From: Octopus vulgaris
Taxonomy: Eukaryota
Reading direction: 5' to 3'
DNA length: 64,000 nt
NCBI GenBank assembly: GCA_951406725.2
Contig: OX597840.1
Span: forward strand, 1,550,001 to 1,614,000
Shown here in pieces: positions 13,527-27,250 of this stretch. Within the stretch, counting starts at the first letter, position 1; each line of letters begins with the position of its first letter. The position numbers and the translations under genes were made by a program. Below the pieces are notes generated by a model, which saw only the letters and a list, made by a program, of their open reading frames with translations, made no database searches and was not told the origin of the DNA.

Positions 13527-13758
13527 TATTTCTTTACTACCCACAAGGGGCTAAACACAGAGGGGACAAACAAGGACAGACATAGGTATTAAGTCGATTA
13601 CATCGACCCCAGTGCGTAACTGGTACTTAATTTATCGACCCCGAAAGGATGAAAGGCAAAGTCGACCTCGGCGGAATTTGAACCCAGAATGTAACGGCAG
13701 ACGAAATACGGCTACGCATTTCGCCCGGCGTGCTAACGTTTCTGCCAGCTCGCCGCCT
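13527..13758 (-). mobile_element. SINE family B monomer
   Basis: Minus: GGCGGCGAGCTGGCAGAAACGTTAGCACGCCGGGCG...GTTCAAATTCCGCCGAGGTCGACTTTGCC...GTAAAGAAATA. Confidence 0.9.
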
Positions 13759-14334
13759 TATATATGTATATGTATATGCACACATGCCACGCGGTGGAAC
13801 TGAACCCGGAATCAAGTGGTTGGGAAATAAACTTCTCACCATACAGCTGCACCTGCGCTTTTGCTCTCACATTTGAAATATAGTTACTGCTGCTGTATAA
13901 AACTGGCATCATGAACCGGACCTAGAAAACGAGTACCGGACGGATAAGCCTAAAGAAAACTACACAATACAGACATTGACATCCAGGCTTGCTTTGTGCT
14001 TCCTTTGGCTTTTCTATCTTGACCATAACAATTTCAATTCCCTGCAGAGACGAAATTCATGCGATTTTTCTCTCGGCACTGTTTTAACCCGGCGCTCTCT
14101 ACTCAGCTCTACACTACTCTTATTCTTTCCTTACTCTTATTCCTTTCCAACGTTGGATTATTTCGAATGTTCTCTCCGCTCATGTTTTTTCTACAGGTTT
14201 TGGCACGCACACCTTTAAGAGGAATATTAATTTTGGATCTAGAATGTGTTTATAAAACATCTTTTTCTCTTGGAAAACATCTTTTTCTCTTGGAAAATTT
14301 CTATAGTTTGTAAATTTCTGCAATTTCAACAAAT

Positions 14335-14578
14335 CGGTGACGTCTATTTAGTTAAAAAACATTCTGTGCCGTATGAATATGTCCCTCGTTTAAGAAACAG
14401 ATTGGGTTTATTTACATTTGTGAAGAAAAAAAAGATACCCTTCCCCCACCCCTAACCCTAACTAACCCTAACCCTAAAAAAGATTGAAATGCATTAGATC
14501 GATTCTAGGGTCATAATTATGGGTGACAATTTCATATGACACCGCTAGAAAAAACTGCCATTCCAACCGAAAAGATCC
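14335..14578. repeat. Unclassified interspersed segment with short telomere-like (CCCTAA)n run
   Basis: CCCTAACCCTAACTAACCCTAACCCTAA at 14450-14477. Confidence 0.45.
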
Positions 14579-14702
14579 TTAATTTTTGTAGCTGAAATTA
14601 GTTATATCTACTTAAATTTTAATTGCTCTTAACTGTAGAAAGTAGTTTATAAACCAAACTATATTCTTTCACGGATTGTTATGTTTGAAACTATTTTTGT
14701 TG

Positions 14703-15003
14703 TTTGTTCCTTCTCGAGCCATGCCTGGCTCATAAGGGCCGGTTTCCCGATTTCCGTGGCGTATAGGTTCTCCACCTGGGCAGGACGCCGGTCCGTCGCA
14801 GGTGAGCTGCAAGATGCAGGAGGAAAGAATGAGAGAAAGTTGTGGCGAAAGAATCAGCAGACGTACGCCATTACCTTCTGCCGGAGCCGCGTGGAGCTTA
14901 GGTGTTTTCGCTCATAAACCCACACATCACCCGGTCTGAGATTCGAACCCGCGATCCCTCATCCCCGAGTCCGCTGCTCTAACCACTGGGCCATGTGCCT
15001 CCA
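14703..15003 (-). mobile_element. SINE family D
   Basis: Reverse complement of the 13157 copy; 16-bp TSD GAAACTATTTTTGTTG at 14687-14702 and 15004-15019. Confidence 0.9.
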
Positions 15004-16081
15004 GAAACTATTTTTGTTGAAGTATATCAAGTTTATTGACGCACCCTGACAAACAGAAAATAACAAAATCTATTTTTCGGTATTGGAATAACCATGAATT
15101 TTAGTTTTGCAGTTAAATGCTTCACGGTGTTATTGCTAATGATCTTTATGTGCCGGTTCAGGAAGAAAAGCGCTACTGTTTATCTCAAAGTTAAAATAAT
15201 AAAAACAATTATAAAACCCTCGTAGGAAAACATCTTAAATATCTCAGTCCCATTAACGCTTCTAACGAAAGACGAAAAGGCGAACCTAAACGTACTAAGA
15301 ATCGAACCCCTTCCTTCTGCAGTCATTATTATTCCCCAAAGATTTTGATTTATTATCTCAAACAATATTTGATATTCCGTCTATCACCGCAGTTGTTCGT
15401 CGCTGTCTGCAAATGCATAAAGATTTAAATATAGAAAGTGAGCGAAATTCAATTGTATTTTTCTCATTTTATTTAATATAATAAACTTAACAACGAACCA
15501 TTGCGGCAACGGTACATAAACACGTTAGAAATCCAAAGCGAAAGTGAAAGTAATGCATCTCGGTGTAATTATCTGTGCCACATGTACAACGTCTCGTAGC
15601 TCATGCGCAAAGCCGGCAGCACAGCAGCAATAGCCATCATCAAAAGGTTCATTTTGGGAAAAGTGCTTTACTTTCAAATCTCGCCTTGCAAATATAACAA
15701 TAACAAGCTGCTTGTCAGAAGAATTGACATATCCGGTCCTGTAACATTGTGGGCGATTGTCTTTCTAGTTTTCCATATCCTGGTTGGCTGGTTGGCCGAC
15801 TGGCTGGTTGGATGATTTTACTTTAAGACTTTCTTGTAAGGCGTCGAATGAGTAAGTAAAGCGAGAAGAGAAGACGGAGTGAAGCCGAATAAATGAGGGG
15901 TTGAGGGGGTGGATGCCGGAAGAACAGGAGGAGGTGCTGGAATTGAGGGTGGAGGTGCAGCTGGAAGAGGCAGTTAATGGACAGGGTGGAGTGTGAGGTA
16001 GAGAGAGAGAGAGAGAGAGAGAGATAAGAATTCAAGACAGCGAAATACGAAAAGCTGTAGGAGAACTAAACTAGAACTGCT

Positions 16082-16188
<107 letters not shown>

Positions 16189-16230
16189 ATATGTTTGTTT
16201 GTATCTCTCTCTCAATATATATACATATAC

Positions 16231-16310
<80 letters not shown>

Positions 16311-17614
16311 ATAGTGCGTAGGTTAATTTCGTAAAAACTTCTTTTGTTTCGTTCTCTCTATCCCTCCCATTCTCTCACTCTCTTGGTCTTTATGTTTCCT
16401 CAGTATTTTACTTTCTATCTTGCTCTCAACTATATATATATATACGGAGGGAGACAGACGAACAGAAAGACGGAAAGAGAGGGAAATACAGACGGAGAGG
16501 ACGAGAGAAAAAGTGAAAGAGAGAAATGGAGAGAAAGAGGAAGAAAGAGAAAGCTATGCAGCTGAATGCGTAGCTGAGAATCTGTGTACAAAGACGAAGT
16601 AATTAAGAACCAATGGAAGGAAGAGTGAGAGAAGGCGAGAGAGGGAGAGAGAGGGAGACGAAGATGAAAAAGCGTAAAAAGGGAGACAAGCGAGAAAAGG
16701 ACAGAGAGACGCAAAGGTAGGATGTGAAAGAGAATTGAGACAGAAGTAGGATGACAAAGAGTGTGAGAGACGATTAAAGATCATGAGACGGCAGAGAAAA
16801 GAAAGAGGGAATGAAAGTGCGAGGGCGTGTTAGTAAGTGTGCAGGAGAGTGGACAAAAGACAGTGTGAGGGTTACGGAAATGAGAGAGTTAAAGAGAAAT
16901 GATGGGTTAGGAAGTATGGGGAAGAGTGAAAACAGGACAGAGAGAGGGTAACGAAGAGGAGAGAGTTAAAAAGAATGTGTGTGTTAGGAAGTATGGGGAG
17001 GAGTGGAGAAAAGTTAGTGAGAGAGAAAAGGAAATGGGAGTTAAAGCCAAAGAGGGTGTTAGGACGAATGTAGGAGAGTGGACAAAAGACAGTGAGTGGG
17101 TAAAGAAGAGGATATAGTTAAAGCGAAAGGGAATATTCGGCAGTATGAGGGAGAATGGTCGAAAGACGATGAGAAGGCAAAGCAAAGAAATGTTTTCCTT
17201 TCTCAGCGTTTGTGGGAAGATGTCCAAAATAGATGTGAATGCTGTGTTTATACACTTGAGTTCGTAACTATCTACTATTAAAATCAATAGTGCGTAGTAA
17301 TTCAAACGGTCCACTTTGATAATCTGGTTGTAAAACGAAACCCACTATATTTAAACTTGCCTCCACCTATGTAATAAACGACTCGTTCACTGGTTTTCTT
17401 TTCTTCATTGTATTTAAATAGATTTGAAAAACAACGTAAGTAAAATAATAATAATAAAGAATAAAAAAAGAAATAATAAGTAGATGTCAGCAAGTTTTCA
17501 TATGTTTTATTTTGGGTTCGGTTTGAGGGTAGGGGTTGGATTAGTGTGCGCGGGCGGGAAGGGAAGGAGAGAAAAGAAGAGGCAAGGAAAATCAGCGGAA
17601 ACAAAAGGAATAAT

Positions 17615-17699
<85 letters not shown>

Positions 17700-17705
17700 A
17701 TAATG

Positions 17706-17736
<31 letters not shown>

Positions 17737-17765
17737 TAATAATAATAATAATAATATTAATAATG

Positions 17766-17856
<91 letters not shown>

Positions 17857-17961
17857 TAATAATAATAATAATAATAATGATAATAATAATAATAATAATG
17901 ATAATAATAATAATGATGATAATAATAATAATAATAATCCTGATGATGATGAAGATAATAA
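17615..17961. repeat. (AAT)n microsatellite with GAT interruptions
   Basis: Direct reading. Confidence 0.98.
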
Positions 17962-18324
17962 TTCCAGGATATATAATGAAAATAGACAAGCATGGCTAAG
18001 TGGTCCGGAGGTTCAAATCTGGACCTACCTTATTCTGGTTTTCGGTTTCGATACAATCATGAAAAACCTAGAGCCAAATCTGTTCTAATACATACACAGT
18101 GGAAGATGTTTTAAATATAAATTATAAGTCTTCACCTTATATACTGACTATAGAAAACATCCTGGTATTGGTGTATATAAACACACGACAGAAAAGAATT
18201 GAAAATACCTGCATCTTTCGTCGTGGGTTAATAGGCTTTTAGACTCTTCTCTATAGTAAATATATGGTGAAAACTTATAAATTAGATGTACAAAATGTTC
18301 CATTAGGCAACTTTTCTTAGCTTA

Positions 18325-18371
<47 letters not shown>

Positions 18372-18629
18372 TGTGTATAAACTCTATGCTTGCAAGGACC
18401 CATTTTAAATTCTGTCGGATTTTACTCATAAGGTATTGGAATCTTACATATATACCATTCTGCCTAAAAAATGGATCTACAACTTCAATATCCCTACGTA
18501 TCTTACATCTATTTTCTTTCCTCCACCTCACTCTCTATTTTGCATCCCATCTAAATTAACTATGACTTAGCCATTCTCTCACACCGTCTCCGATGAAGGG
18601 ATATAATCAATAAATATGATGAAACAAAT

Positions 18630-19310
18630 CATATTAAGGACCCTAGAGAAAGTAGCAAAGTAGCCATGGAGTTACAGAGGCTGAGAAATGTGCGGAGAAA
18701 TGTATCTCTGTAGTTATAGGTGTATTAGGGGAATGAGGGCGCGTGGCTTAGTGGTTAGGGCATTCGGCTCATGATCGTAAGGTTGTGAGTTCGATTCCCG
18801 GCGACGCGTTGTGTCCTTGAGCAAGACACTTTATTTCACGTTGCTCCAGTCCACTCAGCTGGCAAAAATGAGTTGTACCTGTATTTCAAAGGGTCAGCCT
18901 TGTCACTCTCTGTGTCACGCTGATTATCCCCGAGAACTACGTTAAGGGTACACGTGTCTGTGGAGTGCTCAGCCATTTGCACGTTAATTTCACGAGCAAG
19001 CTGTTCCGTTGATCGTATCAGCTGGGACCCTCGTCGTCGTAACCGGCGGAGTCAAGTCAAAAGGTGTATTAGGAAGTGTTCCTAAAGATTTAAAGAGATG
19101 GATTGAGAGAACAGGCGTAAAACATAATTTTGTGCCGCTCTTGAAAATAGTGTTATTAGGGGCCACTATGGTACTTAGGAAGATTCTTGGCAAGCCAAAG
19201 TTAGGAAATGTTTGCAGCTGTCTTATAAGTTTTGAGTAAATTAAATAGTAATAACAATAAGAATAACAGTAATAACAATAATACGAACAACAACAACGAC
19301 AATAATAGTA
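18630..19310 (+). pseudogene. 3' end of an R4/Dong-like LINE split by a SINE, ending in (AAT/AAC)-like repeats
   Basis: ELQRL...SVVIG before the SINE and GVLGSVPKDLKRWIERTG...LLKIVLLGATMVLRKIL after it, resembling the R4/Dong C-terminus (GALG...LQKxALLGTAxILRKVL). Confidence 0.65.
18735..19061 (+). mobile_element. SINE family C
   Basis: tRNA head GGCGCGTGGCTTAGTGGTTAGGGC...GAGTTCGATTCCCGG; 12-bp TSD AGGTGTATTAGG at 18718-18729 and 19062-19073. Confidence 0.9.
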
Positions 19311-19329
19311 GTATATTTGCATATACATA

Positions 19330-19560
19330 CTTCTTTACTGCCCACAAAAGGCTATAAACATGGAGGGAACAAGCAAGGACAGACAAATCGATTAAATCGA
19401 TTACATCGTCACCAGTGCGAAACTGGTACTTTATTTATCGCCCCCGAAAGGATGAAAGGCAAAGTCGACCTCGGCGGAATTTGAACTCAGAACGTAACGG
19501 CAGACGAAATACTGCTAAGCATTTCGCCCGGCGGGCTAACGTTTCTGCCAGCTCACTGCC
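19330..19560 (-). mobile_element. SINE family B monomer
   Basis: Homology to the 13527 copy. Confidence 0.85.
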
Positions 19561-19575
19561 TTAATTATATTTGCA

Positions 19576-19631
<56 letters not shown>

Positions 19632-20589
19632 CATGTATGTGTGTATGTATATGTGTCTATGTATATATATGTGAGTGTGAGCGTGAGTGTAGGAAGCATC
19701 TGGTCGATGGATAATCTTGTGAACTAATTAGATATTGTTTGTTTTCTTTTTCTTTTCTTGCATAAAATGTCGTATCAGACAGAGAAAAGTTTTTACTTTC
19801 CTTAATCTTATAGAAATTCTGCTTATCAATGCGTTACTTAGCCCGTCGGTAACGCTTTCTTGTGATTAGAAGTAAAGAAGGAAAAAGAAACGTGGGAGAG
19901 AAAAAAGCGGGAGAGAGAAGCGTCATCACGTGAGGTAGAGAGAATATACCTCTAACGCTTTCATGTGATTAGCTGAAGGGAAAGAGAGGAGAAAGAAAAT
20001 CGAGAGAGATAAAGAGGATAAGGCGAAGTGTGAGGCAGTGAGAGGGTAAAAATAAGACGGAGAGAGAAACATAGAGAGAGAAGCGTCCATGATGTGAGGT
20101 AGGGCGCATGTAATATTTATTACGTGCTTTAAAATGTTAGTCGAAGGTAGTAATAATATAGAGGAGAGTTAAAATACAATTTTAGCAGAGGGGTGATGTT
20201 CTGATGGTAAGGTAAAGAAAGGCACACACAGAGGGAAAGAGAGAGAGGGGAGAGTTAGGGGGAGGGATGGGAAAGAGAGATGATGTAGATGGTGGTGTTG
20301 TTGGAGACTGAGATGGTTGCGGGGATGGGGTTGCGGTGATTGGATAATGAAAATTGTATTCAATTTTAATTGAAATTATTTTTATATGTCTTATCACTTA
20401 ACGTGTGGCAGATATATTCAATTTAACTTAAGATTGATTCATATTTACAGAATATTTTTTTATTTACAGGAAAAATGGGAAATTAAGAGTGAATATTTAT
20501 TTTATGAGTGTTGTGTATTATGTCTACAAAATTGTGCCTAAATTATATAAAGTGTATATATAAAGTGCATTAAGTAATAATCGTATAAC

Positions 20590-20760
20590 AGTTTCTTTAA
20601 CTTTTCAATGTGTAACAGACAAGCGACTATCTTTCCATACTGACACAATAAGGCTCCACTTTTAAGTTTTTTGGATAAAGTTTTCGGAATTAACCCAATT
20701 AGTCTACCATTAATTCCGTGAAATACACTCAGGTCCCGCCAGGCAATTATCACTTCGAGA
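20590..20760 (-). pseudogene. Possible piggyBac-like transposase fragment
   Basis: Minus frames give IPKTLSKKLKSG then LIVSVWKDSR, like the piggyBac IP...KLKxG...WxDxR region; short and frameshifted. Confidence 0.3.
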
Positions 20761-21100
20761 CAAATGTCTTTGTTTAACAGAATATTTCCACTGCAACTGT
20801 TGATGTCTCACATGCTGTATCTCCCAATTACTTGGCATTTATCGAGATTCCGAACATAAAGACACAACCATGTCTTGTTGTACAATCTGGAAGCCCTACT
20901 TTCAATTTTGCCTTTAATTCTCTTTAATAATCATCGCTTTATCCATTAATCCTCTAAGTATGATGTTTTACGAAAATTATCTTTTATCGCTACCAAAGGA
21001 ATTTCTCGTTGCAAGAAATTTAAGCATTTCGTCTTTCATTGAATAATAACATTTGAAGATTTAACTGAGTAGAATTCTGGTTTTGTCTAGCTTCACGACG

Positions 21101-21275
21101 TATTAGGTTGGTGTATAATTATTGCGGCTTTTCCAATGTATATTATTCAACAAAAAATTTTAACAACACGCCAAGCAGGAATTGAAGTAGATGGTGAATA
21201 TGCTCCGGAATAATAATTCAAAGATGTTTTTGTTATATCTTGTTATTGTTTTTGTTGAATAAAATTTATTTGACA
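21101..21275. mobile_element. Mariner-type MITE fragment (one TIR)
   Basis: TA-TTAGGTTGGTGTATAATTATTGCGGCTTTT resembles a mariner TIR; internal inverted pair TTATTCAACAAAAA/TTTTTGTTGAATAA. Confidence 0.55.
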
Positions 21276-21296
21276 AAAAAGACTAACTGACATATC

Positions 21297-21960
21297 TGCG
21301 ATACAGGTATATGCCAGCGGGCACATGTAGTATATTTCAATGTTTGAATGCAACAAATGGAGTTCCACATTGGCAGTACAACGCAAACACTCCACACAGA
21401 CATTAAAGAAAACCCCAAAACACGCTCATCCTCATTTCAGAAACACATAAACAAATGAAAAAAATCAACCAACATATATCCCTTACCCTTGCAGCCAGTG
21501 ATAGAAATGTAGGCAACTTGAGAATTAAGGAAGCCTTGCTCATACGTAAACTCAACCCGCAAATAAATAAGATTAGGACTCAGCACACAATAGTTGTCAT
21601 TGAAAGAAAGCCCTAGAGGCACACAAACTAAATATCTCATACAACAAAGGAAGTTGATTTTGCGAACTAATATATTAGCAACTGGCATCATTCATGTGTA
21701 AAGCGAAATAACCATCAAGAACGCTTTAAAACGACCCACGAAAAAAAATTTAATCAAATCAAAAATTTAATCCCAAAGATAACATTGGAACATTATCCAC
21801 TGAAATTTCTTTAGACACTGATGAGGGGTGTTTTAGGTCCCGATCAACTGCAACAACAATAAAAAAACAAAAGAATGATAACTGGGTGAGGTCCTTTTAT
21901 TTTCGATATCTCATCCTACAGTCCATTTTTGCATTGTTTAGCGTTCCATCTGTTTCAACG
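21297..21960 (+). pseudogene. Penelope-like element 3' part: GIY-YIG remnant plus pLTR with decayed HHR
   Basis: CDTGICQRAHVVYF...HIGSTTQTLHTDIKE...SSFQKH...LRIKEALLIRKLNPQIN (21518-21568); CTGATGA-GGGG...CCC at 21818. Confidence 0.8.
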
Positions 21961-21992
21961 TTACACACACACACATATCTGTGTGTGTGCGA

Positions 21993-22037
<45 letters not shown>

Positions 22038-22219
22038 AGTGTGTGTGAGTGCGTGTGTGTGTGTGTGTGTTCATACAAGCGTGTGTGTGCGTGCGTATAT
22101 ATATATGTATATACATAGTGAGAGGGAGAGGGAGAGAGACAGAGAGACAGAGAGAAATTTATATACTGGCTTATAAGTCTAAATATTTATCTATCTATCT
22201 ATCCATATATATATATATG

Positions 22220-22268
<49 letters not shown>

Positions 22269-22324
22269 TATATATATATACGTTTGTGTGTGGGTGTATA
22301 AGTATCCATCTATCTATCTATCTA

Positions 22325-22364
<40 letters not shown>

Positions 22365-22417
22365 ACATGTAGATATATAGGGTTATAAGCGTAGATATAT
22401 ATATGCATGTATGTATG

Positions 22418-22451
<34 letters not shown>

Positions 22452-22514
22452 TGTGTGTATGTATGTATGTATGTATTGGGGGTGTTGTATATATGCTTTT
22501 TGACTAGGACATTC

Positions 22515-22590
22515 TGTTCTGCCTGATGAGTTTTTCGTGTACAGAATTTTAAATTCAAGTCGAAATCATAAATTTGATTATAGTTTTTCC
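22515..22590 (+). ncRNA. Decayed hammerhead motif
   Basis: CTGATGA (22523-22529)...GAAA (22562-22565) TCA TAAATT TGA TT; helices I and II imperfect; segment runs into (TA)n. Confidence 0.45.
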
Positions 22591-22677
22591 TGCGTAGAAC
22601 CTAACCTTCAGTAAATATTGTGTTGTTATTCTTCAATTTGCTTTAAAAATAACATTAACGTAACATGTATATATTTA

Positions 22678-22781
<104 letters not shown>

Positions 22782-23572
22782 TATTTATATATATACACAC
22801 ACATATATATGTAGTAATGCATCACATCTTTTATACCTGTATATACATGTATATATATATATATATATAAATATATATATCTATATATATGTATACATAT
22901 ATATATATATATACATATCATTATATGTATGTATATAGATATATATTTATATTGATATATACACGTATGTTTATAAGTATAAGCATATAAATGTACGTGT
23001 ATATATATATATATAAGTGTGTTTATAGGTATACACACATATACATGCGTACATATATTTGCTTGCAACTTATAAATGTGCATGTGTATGTATATATCCG
23101 TATATGTGAATGCATATGACGTTAGTATAATGAAATTATTTGTGTTGGTATATAAAGTTCGGTCTATATTTTGGGGGGATGACATACATGTATATACATG
23201 ATATATTTTTGACCTAATCCTCATTGAAAATAAAACCGCAGTAACACCTTAATATGTATATACAAAACAATTGAAACTTGTTATTCGACGTGAAGTTTTT
23301 TTGCTAATGTTGAACACGGCCATACACAAACAGTCATTGCCTCAGACAGAAACAGACATACAAACATGTACACAATCTCGAACGCTTAGGAATATATATA
23401 TACTAAACTTTTAGTTCAGAATCTGTTCTAAAGAAATAATTTAATAAATATATCAGCCTCGAAACGTTTGTACCATCATACGAAGCTCTGAATATAAATA
23501 ATATTCCACTCTACATACTCATACATTGAGATCCTCCTCGTTCCAGAGCCTCTCTTAACACACTGCTGCGTA

Positions 23573-23737
23573 TGAGTGGCTGTGTGGTAAGTAGCTTGTT
23601 TACGAACCACATGGTTCCGGGTTCAGTCCCACTGCGTAGCACCTTGGGCTAGTGTCTTCTACTATAGCCTCGGGCCGACCAAAGCCTTGTGAGTGGATTT
23701 GGTAGACGGAAACTGAAAGAAGCCCGCCGTATATATG

Positions 23738-23780
<43 letters not shown>

Positions 23781-24010
23781 ACGGGTATGTTTGTGTGTCT
23801 GTGTTTGTCCCCCTAGCATTGCTTGACAACCGATGTTGGTCTGATTATGTCCCTGTTATTTAGCGGTTCGGCAAAAGAGACCGATAGAATAAGTACTGGG
23901 CTAACAAAGAATAAGTTCCGGGGTCGAGTTGTTCGATTAAAGGCGGTGCTCCAGCATGGCCGTAGTCAAAATGACTGAAACAAGTAAAAACAGTAAAGAG
24001 TAAAAAGAGA
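23573..24010 (+). mobile_element. SINE family A, full length
   Basis: Head, internal microsatellite and tail. Confidence 0.9.
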
Positions 24011-24051
24011 GTATATACATACATACATACACACATACATACATACATATA

Positions 24052-24300
24052 TCTAATATATAAAATCCATTCGGTCTGAGTGTATGTGTGTCTTCTAGGA
24101 TCTCGGGCATCCTCCAACCAACTGCGCTCAAATTTGATATGTAGATACCGACGGTATCAGGGCGTGTATAACTCTTGAAAAAATTACAAAAATCGATTCC
24201 AGGTGAGAATGCGAAAGTGAATAAAATCGTTTTTCTTTCGAATAGAAAAAAAGTCTGTCTGTATTTCTTCTTTTGCTGGTGTCTCAAATTTAGGTTAAAT
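24052..24300 (+). mobile_element. Helitron-like non-autonomous 5' fragment
   Basis: Starts TCTAATATATAAAA, then GT-rich tract, ATCTC...CTCAAATTTG; no 3' hairpin seen. Confidence 0.45.
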
Positions 24301-24549
24301 CAGTGTTTCTCAAAGAGGAGACCTGTGGAACGGTCGGACAAGTGGTCTTGAGAAAATCTTCTTGAAATATTTAACAACTCAGCACCGTCCATTGGACGGG
24401 GGGCGTTGTGCTCATATATATATACATTTTACGTAGAGGCAAGTATAGGGCAATGAATATTATCATACACTCAATTTATGATTTATACCACATGGATTAC
24501 TCTATAAAAAAATATACACACATCAACATATAACCTATATCATACGATG

Positions 24550-24691
24550 CGTAGGTTTTTTTTATCCTCTCTCTCTGTTTATTTTCTCGTGTTCCTTTCT
24601 GTCGAAGAGCGTAAGCTCGAAACGTAAAAGACTTTCTCACTTTCCCCCTAGCGTTAAATTAATACACTTGTTTGTTGTTTCTGTAAATTCC

Positions 24692-24694
<3 letters not shown>
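24550..24694 (+). mobile_element. HHR family 3-like pLTR fragment ending at (TA)n
   Basis: CTGTCGA-A-GAGC GTAA GCTC-GAAA-CG-TA at 24599-24626 (A6 altered). Confidence 0.6.
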
Positions 24695-24762
<68 letters not shown>

Positions 24763-24796
24763 TATATACATACATATATATATATATTTATATATA

Positions 24797-25307
24797 TATA
24801 TATATATAAAACTGTAGTTGTGTGAGTGTCTCTCCCCTTCGATTTAGATTCCTAACCACTCCCACATTTTGCGGTGCAGTTTAACCAAATTCAGATATCT
24901 TATAGTTGTGATTCATATCGAGCCCGTCTGAGTATTAGCGGGCGTCTACGATGAGTCTACGATTTTAAAAATAATTTAACATAATTTTTTATTCCATTTT
25001 AATGCATAATGTTTCGTGTGTCGATGGCGGCGGAGTTGGCGTCCATGGTCACACCTGCACCTGTTTGCTTCTCCCCCTTCTTCCCTCCCTCGTGAAGCTG
25101 TGGGGAAGGGAGTGTAAAAAAATCAACGTCGTAAAGCGTTGTCAAGGAGACCAGCGTTCTTTTAGAACAACGACTTCATGGCTTGAAGACACCAAAACAG
25201 AAATGGCTAAGAAAGCCCGAATTGGCATCTATAAGGGAAGTCACTCTCTAAAAATGCTTATATAGTTATTTCCCTTACAAACCCGAGCAACGCCGGGCGA
25301 TACTGCT

Positions 25308-25309
<2 letters not shown>
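24797..25309 (+). mobile_element. Non-autonomous Helitron
   Basis: 5' TATATATAAAACTGTAGTTGTGTGAGTGTCT; 3' hairpin CCCG AGCAACGC CGGG (25282-25297) followed by CTGG|T (CTRR end). Confidence 0.75.
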
Positions 25310-25350
<41 letters not shown>

Positions 25351-25624
25351 GGAATTTACAGAAACACAAAATACGAAGACAGGTGTATATACACACGTAC
25401 ATCCATATATACCTCACACCTATTTCAGTTTCTCTCAAATAGATCCTTTACGAACCTTCAGTCGGGAAGAGGCCATACTAAAAGGCACTTTTCCAAGCTG
25501 CCACCTTATAGAACTGAATTCGGAACCATGTGTTTCGGAAGCAAGCTTCTTACTACACTGCCACCCGAATAATATACATATATATACATATGTATGTATG
25601 GAAGTATTTATTTATATATATATA

Positions 25625-25677
<53 letters not shown>

Positions 25678-25685
25678 ATTTATGA

Positions 25686-25773
<88 letters not shown>

Positions 25774-25784
25774 TTATAAATATG

Positions 25785-25832
<48 letters not shown>

Positions 25833-26079
25833 ACGTCAAAAGAAGCTCTGCAGTCGCCAGAAGCCTTGAATTAATACATTTTTCGGATCCAGAGCCGCAC
25901 ACTTAAGGCTATATCTTGACTGTACTGATTTGAAAAACGCTTATAGCTAGAGGAAGTCGAAGGAACTTCAAATATTTCAATCCAAACATGGTTTTTCAAC
26001 TGAATATTTACATGCACTTCTGTAATGCCTTTTTCGGGATCATGTTTTATATTTTATTTCCCCCAAAATTTATATATTC

Positions 26080-26229
<150 letters not shown>

Positions 26230-26456
26230 AATTGAGGATAAAATCTTTAAAAGAAATTATCAGTAGTCAGCGTGAAAAACCTCGTAAGAGAAAAAATCCG
26301 TAAATTCTTCCTCTTTGAAAATATTCATTTATATTATATTGAGGGTACCACTATTCGTAGATACCAACACGCTAAGAGGGACCAATGCGGTCAAAACTAC
26401 TAAAAATAAACAAAATTTTACCGAATGCAAAACTTCAAAACACATCATTTTAAAAA

Positions 26457-26533
26457 GAATTCAGTTACATATCACATGTGATTTCGCATTTAATGCAGAA
26501 TATGCATTTCATGTTCGTCAGTGCAACAAACTC
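26457..26533 (-). ncRNA. Type I hammerhead ribozyme (family 4), left arm of palindrome
   Basis: Mirror copy of 26711-26787. Confidence 0.75.
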
Positions 26534-26710
26534 AAGAAATATAAGAAAAAACATAACATTACAAACTCGATAGCCAACCGTAGAATTCGTCGTTGCTTGT
26601 ACGTAGCTTTGTCTTTCATAGATATGTAAGGATAAACATTCGTACAAGCTACGACGAATTCTACGGTTGGCTATCGAGTTTGTAATGTTATGTTTTTTTT
26701 TATATTTCTT

Positions 26711-26787
26711 GAGTTCGTTGCACTGACGAACATGAAATGCATATTCTGCATTAAATGCGAAATCACATGTGATATGTAACTGAATTC
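26711..26787 (+). ncRNA. Type I hammerhead ribozyme (family 4), right arm of palindrome
   Basis: Helix I GAGTTC-GTTGCA / TGTAAC-T-GAATTC; core CTGACGA 26723-26729; helix II ACAT..AATGCA TATTC TGCATT..ATGC; GAAA 26759-26762; palindromic helix III ATCACATGTGAT; predicted cleavage after AUA 26774; 10.1-11.1 is an A-C mismatch. Confidence 0.8.
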
Positions 26788-27039
26788 TTTTTTAAAATGA
26801 TGTGTTTTGAAGTTTTGTTTATTTTTAGTAGTTTTGACCGCATTGGTCCCTCTTAGCGTGTTGGTATCTACGAATAGTAGTACCCTCAATATAACATAAA
26901 TGAATATTTTCAAAGAGGAAGAATTTACGGATATTTTCTCTTACGAGGTTTTTCACGCTGACTACTGATAATTTCTTTTAAAGATTTTATCCTCAATTGT
27001 TAAAAAATAATATATATATATATATATATATATTTGTTT

Positions 27040-27064
27040 GCCTGTCTGTTTGTCTATCTATCTG

Positions 27065-27143
<79 letters not shown>

Positions 27144-27148
27144 CTCTC

Positions 27149-27187
<39 letters not shown>

Positions 27188-27250
27188 CTCTATCTCTCTA
27201 TCTATCTTTCTATCTATCTATCTGTCTATCTATCTATCTGTCTATCTTTC
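27040..27250. repeat. (TCTA)n microsatellite
   Basis: Direct reading. Confidence 0.95.

Noticed and set aside
17940-17955. CTGATGA motif
   Set aside because: Part of the (GAT)n end of a microsatellite
17484-18088. Long poly-I, poly-N and poly-Y ORFs
   Set aside because: Translations of the (AAT)n microsatellite
26315-26913. Mirror ORFs MKIFIY.ILRV on both strands
   Set aside because: Consequence of the palindrome; non-ATG starts, broken by the arm indel, no protein motif
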